64,000 nt of DNA from Tubulanus polymorphus (Eukaryota; Animalia; Nemertea). The notes under the pieces were generated by a model. The model was not told where the DNA came from, ran no database searches, and was given only the letters and a program-made list of their open reading frames with translations. Both the position numbers and the translations under genes were made by a program. The stretch covers positions 1 to 64,000 of the forward strand of contig NW_027437464.1 in the NCBI RefSeq assembly GCF_964204645.1, in the 5' to 3' direction. Positions 56,900 to 64,000 of the stretch are shown one piece after another (the first letter of the stretch is position 1; every line of letters begins with the position of its first letter).

Positions 56900-59547
56900 T
56901 GAAAACATTCGGTTGGTTTTCACGAGCTCGGTGATCTAGTGGGATGACGCTGCGCTAGTAATTTACTTGCCCGGGTTTGAGTCTCGCTCTAGCCGCTCTA
57001 TTTTCTCTACACTTTCCTTGAATTTTCTAAGTTGCGCACCTCCGTGCGCATGTGCGGCGTAAATCAGCCAATCAGCGACAATGTACGTTAAATAGCGGAA
57101 CTAAATGTCGCAGCCGAAACACTCCAATCCCTCTTAGGGGACCGGCGGCTGCTGTTCAGGGTCGTTCTGCTTTTGCCCGGAACTTGTTGCCAAGACGTCC
57201 CCTTCTACTTCCACTCTCTGTAACAGTAAAACGGTCAATGTCGGTCGACGTCGGTCCTCGCGTTGAGAACGGACAACAGTGCTTAATTCAGTGAACTCCC
57301 TACACAAACGTTATCGGTCGTTGTCGGCCCTCGTGTTGAGGACACTAGACTCGTCTTTCCCACGCGAACAATGTCGAGAGACGTCGGTTCCCGCGTTGAG
57401 AACCGAACGGCGGCATTCTCTTAAGCGAACGTGAACGGTAGACACGTCTCTATCGCACAAACGATGTCAAGCGATGTCGGTTCTCTCGTTGAGGATCGAA
57501 CAGCGGCGCCTCCTTAGCGAGCTTCTCGCACGATCGATCTCGGTCCTCCCGTTGAGGAACGAACAGCGGCGTCTCCCTAGCAAGCCTTTTGCACGATCAT
57601 AGTCGATCCTCTCGTAGAGGATCGAACAGCGGCGACTCCTTAGCAAGCTTCTCCTACGATCAATTTGGAGACATCGGTCAACATCGGTCCTCTCGTTGAG
57701 GGTCGAACAGCAGCGCGCCATTAGCGAGCATCTCGCACGATCCATGTCGGTCCTCCCGTTGAGGATCGAACGGCGGCGTCTCCTTAACGAGCTTCTCGCA
57801 CGATCGATGTCGGTCCTCCCGTTGAGGATCGAACAGCGGCGTCTCTGTAGCGAGCCTTTCGCACGATCGATGTCGGTCCTCCCGTTGAGGATCGAACAGC
57901 GGCGACTCCTTAGCGAGCTTCTCGCATGATCAATTTGGAGCAACGTCGGTCCTCCTGTTGAGGAACGAACAGCAGCGCGCCCTAAGCGAGCTTCTCGCAC
58001 GACCGATGTCGAGCGATGTCGGTCCTCTCGTTGAGGAACGAACAGCGGCGTCTCCTTAACAAGCTTCTCGTACGATCGATCTCGGTCCTCCCGTTGAGGA
58101 TCGAACAGCGGCGTCTCCTTAACAAGCTTCTCGTACGATCGATCTCGGTCCTCCCGTTGAGGAACGAACAGCGGCGTCTCCCTAGCAAGCCTTTTGCACG
58201 ATCAAAGTCGAGCGAAGTCAGTCCTCTCATTGAGGATCGAACAGCGGCGACTCCTTAGCGAGCTTCTCGCACGATCAATTTGGAGCAACATCGGTCCTCT
58301 CATTGAGGGTCGAACAGCAGCGCGCCATTGGCGAGCATCTCGCACGATCGCTGTCGGTCCTCCCGTTGAGGATCGAACAGCTGCGTCTCCTTAACGAGCT
58401 TCTCGCACGATCGATGTCGGTCCTCCCGTTGAGGATCGAACAGCGGTGTCTCTTTAGCGAGCCTTTCGCACGATCGATGTCGGTCCTCCCGTTGAGGATC
58501 GAACAGCGGCGTCTCCTTAGCGAGCTTCTCGCACGATCAATTTGGAGCAACGTCGATCCTCCCGTTGAGGAACGAACAGCAGCGCGCCCTTAGCGAGCTT
58601 CGCGCACGACCGATGTCGAGCGATGTCGGTCCTCTCGTTGAGGGTCGAACAGCAACGCCCCTTAGCGAGCTTCTCGCACGATCGATGTCGATCCTCTCGT
58701 TGAGGGTCGAACAGCAGCGCCCCCTTAGCGAGCTTCTCGCACGATTGATGTCGAGCGATGTCGGTCCTCTCGTTGAGGAACGAACAGTAGCGCGCCCTTA
58801 GCGAGCTTCTCGCACGACCGATGTCGGTCCTCTCGTTGAGGGTCGAACAGCAGCGCGCCCTTAGCGAGCTTCTCGCACGACCGATGCGAGTGATGTCGAT
58901 CCTCTCGTTGAGGGTCGAACAGCAGCGCCCCTTAGCGAGCCTCTCGCACGATCGATGTCGATCCTCTCGTTGAGGGTCGAACAGCAGCGCCCCTTAGCGA
59001 GCTTCTCGCACGATCGATGTCGATCCTCTCGTTGAGGGACAAACAGCAGCGCCCCCTTAGCGAGCTTCTCGCACGATCGATGTCGAGGGATGTCGGTCCT
59101 CTCGTTGAGGAACGAACAGTAGCGACTATTTCAGCGGACGTGTACGGTGGACACGCCAGCACACTCCGCCTTGGAAGACTCCAACTCCTGCTCCTGAGAA
59201 CTAGAGATTAAAATAAAAAGCATAGACTGATAGAATATGCCAGTAGTTTTATTACGACTGTCTCCCCGAACAACCAGTTTTCGACTGGCTAAACAACTCT
59301 GGAAGACGACTCCCCTCTGCCTGCGGACTACCATCCGGACCCAAGATGGCAGCACCATCCAATACCCGACTGTACAAGTTAAACTACCTACCACATAAAC
59401 ACTCAGCCGTATACGACACGTTACTAGATCTTGGTCTTATATTTCCCAATAAAATCAACTTAAGGTCTTAAGTTCCAAGTTAGTCTGAATACCAGTCGTT
59501 GTTACCGAATACCGGTTCCCTACAACCAACGGCTAGGTACTAGACCA
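56900..59547 (+). mobile_element. tRNA-headed GC-rich insert (copy 2)
   Basis: Duplicate of 27254-29838. Confidence 0.55.
57462..59124. repeat. 63-bp minisatellite (copy 2), one unit longer
   Basis: The spurious minus-strand ORF grows from 156 to 177 aa, which equals +63 bp. Confidence 0.95.
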
Positions 59548-60498
59548 GTTCCAAGTGGGCTAAAAAGATATGGAATAACTAAACTGATTTACCATCGGTT
59601 GCGGCAAGCTGACTCATAGGCCTATCTGTCATAAGACTCTCCATGTGGTTCAACTGCGGATTGATTGGAATCTTCCACACGACTTGTAGGCTTATCGAAT
59701 TACTTTATAGGCCTAAAGCAATTGTGTAGTAGCTAAAATATATACATGATCAGGGATGAAAACGGCCCATACTGAAAAAGTTGGAAAATAGGCCTAATGG
59801 AAAAAAAATTTTTTGGGAAACAAAAATCAGTAACTTTTAGCCAAAAATCTTACTTTCTTTTGGTCAAAATGTCAATAGTTTGGGCTTGAATTACAGCCGC
59901 TCTTTGAATGAGATGCCATATTGGTTTCTCCGACTCCACAGTTGTGCTAACTACTGCCAAAAGCCGGCTTAGGGAGCACTCCTAACTACGGAGCACTCCG
60001 ATGTGAATCCTTAGTTATGCCATCCAATATAAGCCTAAAAGTTCCACCATAGACCTAGGCCTATCTCTTCACAATCACACCCCCAAGATAAATTGGCTGT
60101 GACTGTGTTGGACTACCGGTGCCGACCTGATTACACCTGCGGTAGGCCTAAAAGCCTGAATTAAAATATCATGCCAAACGAACGAAATCAAGAGTAAAAG
60201 TCGCCCCAAATATGTCCGGTTTGTTTAGGCCTACTACGGTCCATGGGTGTATTGTTTGGCAACTGTTCAGTGACATAGAATTGGCCTACTGAATTGAATT
60301 ATTCAAAGAACATTCAATGAATCTATTGTTAACGTTAGGCTAGTTAACGATAGCCTAACCTGTCAGTGGTTTAGTTTCACGATCGGATATTTTCACAAAC
60401 CACACGTTGATATAAGCCCATCCGATTATAAAAAGCTTACCACCGACGATTAGGTAACTAACTCAGTTGATACGAGCAAAAAGATTTCATTTATCAAT

Positions 60499-60694
60499 AG
60501 TACTTACCCAACAAGCCGTGCATAAACGCTAAACATAATTCCGAATCGAAACGACGATAATGGCCGCCACGTTGATGTGATCCTTGAATCTGATTGGTCG
60601 AGTCATACGAATCAATCTGATTGGTCGATAGATATATATCAAATCTGATTGGTCGAATCATACATAACGTTTCCGGAGTTCACCACCAGAGGGG
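60499..60694 (-). promoter_or_regulatory. CCAAT-triplet promoter-like region (copy 2)
   Basis: Duplicate of 30790-30985. Confidence 0.55.
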
Positions 60695-60900
60695 TGTTGT
60701 GTCGCTACTCAACGACCCAATATGCGTTTCTGCCACATACGATATAATAATGTATGGGTGCTAACCACATCAGCTAAATAATTGGGGCCAAAATTATTGG
60801 GTCCTAGTCCCAATAGATAGAAAATGACCCAATACGACAGAGAGGCCCCAATACTCCGAGTCTCAGAATCACGCATGTCCCGATAAGTTGGCGTTTATAA

Positions 60901-62260
<1,360 letters not shown>

Positions 62261-62643
62261 TATATGCATCTCCGCATACCTGCCAAGTGTAATAATCCGA
62301 TTTACTTATTATTTCTATTTATGCCTGCCGCTTCTGATATAATCATACATCCTTTACTATTACAATTACGTCTTCTAATGATATTCAATGCAACATAAAA
62401 TTTCGACGTTCAAATAGAGGTCATTATATAATCACAGCTATTCTAGCTAGTAAGCCATTCTACATCTTAGCATGGACGTATCCAGGAAGAAAGACATTAA
62501 ATATTTGGATGGATATATGAAAGCTGTGGGTACTGGAGTGTGTAATGGGTAGTGTAGTGTGATCTGTGTGCATTTGTGGCCAGCACACAGATCACATTGT
62601 TCATTGGGGTTTGGTCCAGGACTCGCGAGATTTTCAACACAAT

Positions 62644-62824
62644 GGGCGTACTCTTTTATGACCTCCGAAGTCTCCGTCCGAAATCTCCGGTTGGCTCCAC
62701 ACAAAATCCGAATCACACCACCTTGACAGAAAGGAGGTTTCGGAGACTCCAAAAAGTCACGTGACCAATAAAAGAGTACGATTGGAGGCAAACGGATTCT
62801 CCGATCTGATAAAAGAGTTCGCCC
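62644..62824 (-). mobile_element. Independent, inverted copy of the 181-bp Harbinger-like MITE
   Basis: Reverse complement of 24828-25008 with few differences. TIRs gggcgtactcttttat and ataaaagagttcgccc. Confidence 0.9.
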
Positions 62825-63284
62825 AAGGAAGTAACGTGTAATAAATGATGACTTGAATTGCATGACTACCTACCACCCATCATTATTGTTGGAAAACTGA
62901 ACGTTCCGCACTGACTAAAAATTAGTAATAACATTTTAGAAATGGCCATAATTTTAACTTCTATCTCATTTTTATTTTACAATTGCGATTGGTATATCTT
63001 TTTTTTAAACGGCCGTTAAGGCTTCATGTTTCGTCTGCAATTCACTGCAAATAGTTACGCAACTACGCACATTTCAGTGTTTTTGGCAGCTGTACACTCA
63101 ATCGGCACCGTTCGTGACTAGCTTCACTGCGGAATTATCATTAATTAACATCGCCATATCACATCATCAACTTATATTGTGCCTTAAACCCCTAACAGCC
63201 GAAACAATTTAAATGCACACACGATTTCTATCATTGAAAATTGAGAGAGTGGCCATGTTTGTGTTCTGCTGCTTCGCGTAAATC

Positions 63285-63328
63285 CCGCGCGGTGGCGCAA
63301 CCGCGCGGAGTGGGGCCGATACGTCTAG
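63285..63328 (+). mobile_element. Helitron-like 3' terminus
   Basis: GC hairpin ccgcgcggt-ggcgca-accgcgcgg lies 16 nt upstream of CTAG followed by T. The 5' end was not located. Confidence 0.45.
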
Positions 63329-64000
63329 TTTATACGTCCATGATCTTAGTCAATAGTATTTTGCCAAAAAGCTTGTATGTGTACACATAGACCTGTGACG
63401 CTTTGCACATCGATTTACGGTTGTCGTTGGTAAAATGACGCTGAATGGTTAGCATTGTTTAGGTTTCATAATGGTAACGTTTCATAAGGCGTCAAAAATA
63501 CATTTGAAGTCGGGTCGGTCGGGATACTGTAAACCGACCATTATTTTGGGATGGCCTCAGTTCCAATGTTAATATATGGGACATTCTACAAAAATTGTGA
63601 AATTCGGGTTCTAAAATAATATAATTTTTTAAATAGTGAAATCATTTGAGAATTGGAGAAAATTATACTCTTACGTACGCTTACATCTGGGAAAAATTTC
63701 CCTGCTTGGGCATTTTGCATAAGTGATGTGCATGAGCATCAACACACCCCCAGACGATCCGAGTCTTCGGTGTTACTGCACAATATGGTTACCAGAAAAA
63801 ACTTTCAGGAATTTTTAAAATAAAATTTCGCTCTGGATTACTAGTGTATTACGTGTATGATGTTATTAATAAGTTTTTTTAATGAATATCTGGCATCATT
63901 TTGATTATGTGGTTCTCATAAACTATTGTAACTAGTGCTATTTTAGAAAATTTGAGAATAAATTAGAAACCGCGTCAAAATACTTGTTCTATATGACATT

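Overview
AT-rich eukaryotic DNA, probably a marine invertebrate (spliceosomal introns; repeat families typical of molluscs and echinoderms). About 57 kb is a head-to-tail dimer of one giant composite unit: copy 1 is 3985-31194 (27,210 bp) and copy 2 is 31253-60903 (29,651 bp). Every junction is a pure (TA)n tract: (TA)26, (TA)29 and (TA)66. The unit has imperfect 20-bp inverted arms just inside the TA tracts and an inward-facing CCAAT-triplet promoter. It also carries decayed, convergent cargo genes: a Ulp1/C48-like protease plus PHD-like relic, and a SANT/Myb-like terminal exon. My best inference is a very large non-autonomous, TA-associated DNA element, possibly Crypton-like (tyrosine recombinase); I found no catalytic domain, and haplotype mis-joining is not excluded. 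Nested inside are a deleted EnSpm/CACTA element, a 12-15 kb higher-order array built from Helentron/HINE modules, a 181-bp Harbinger-like MITE, and a 2.6-kb tRNA-headed insert with a CpG-rich 63-bp minisatellite. The left flank holds the 3' exons of an unidentified minus-strand gene. The right flank holds a second CACTA (Transposase_21-like) pseudogene that is cut mid-exon by the TA tract. Most ORF-track entries are spurious translations of repeats. All family calls come from reading motifs by eye, not from database searches.
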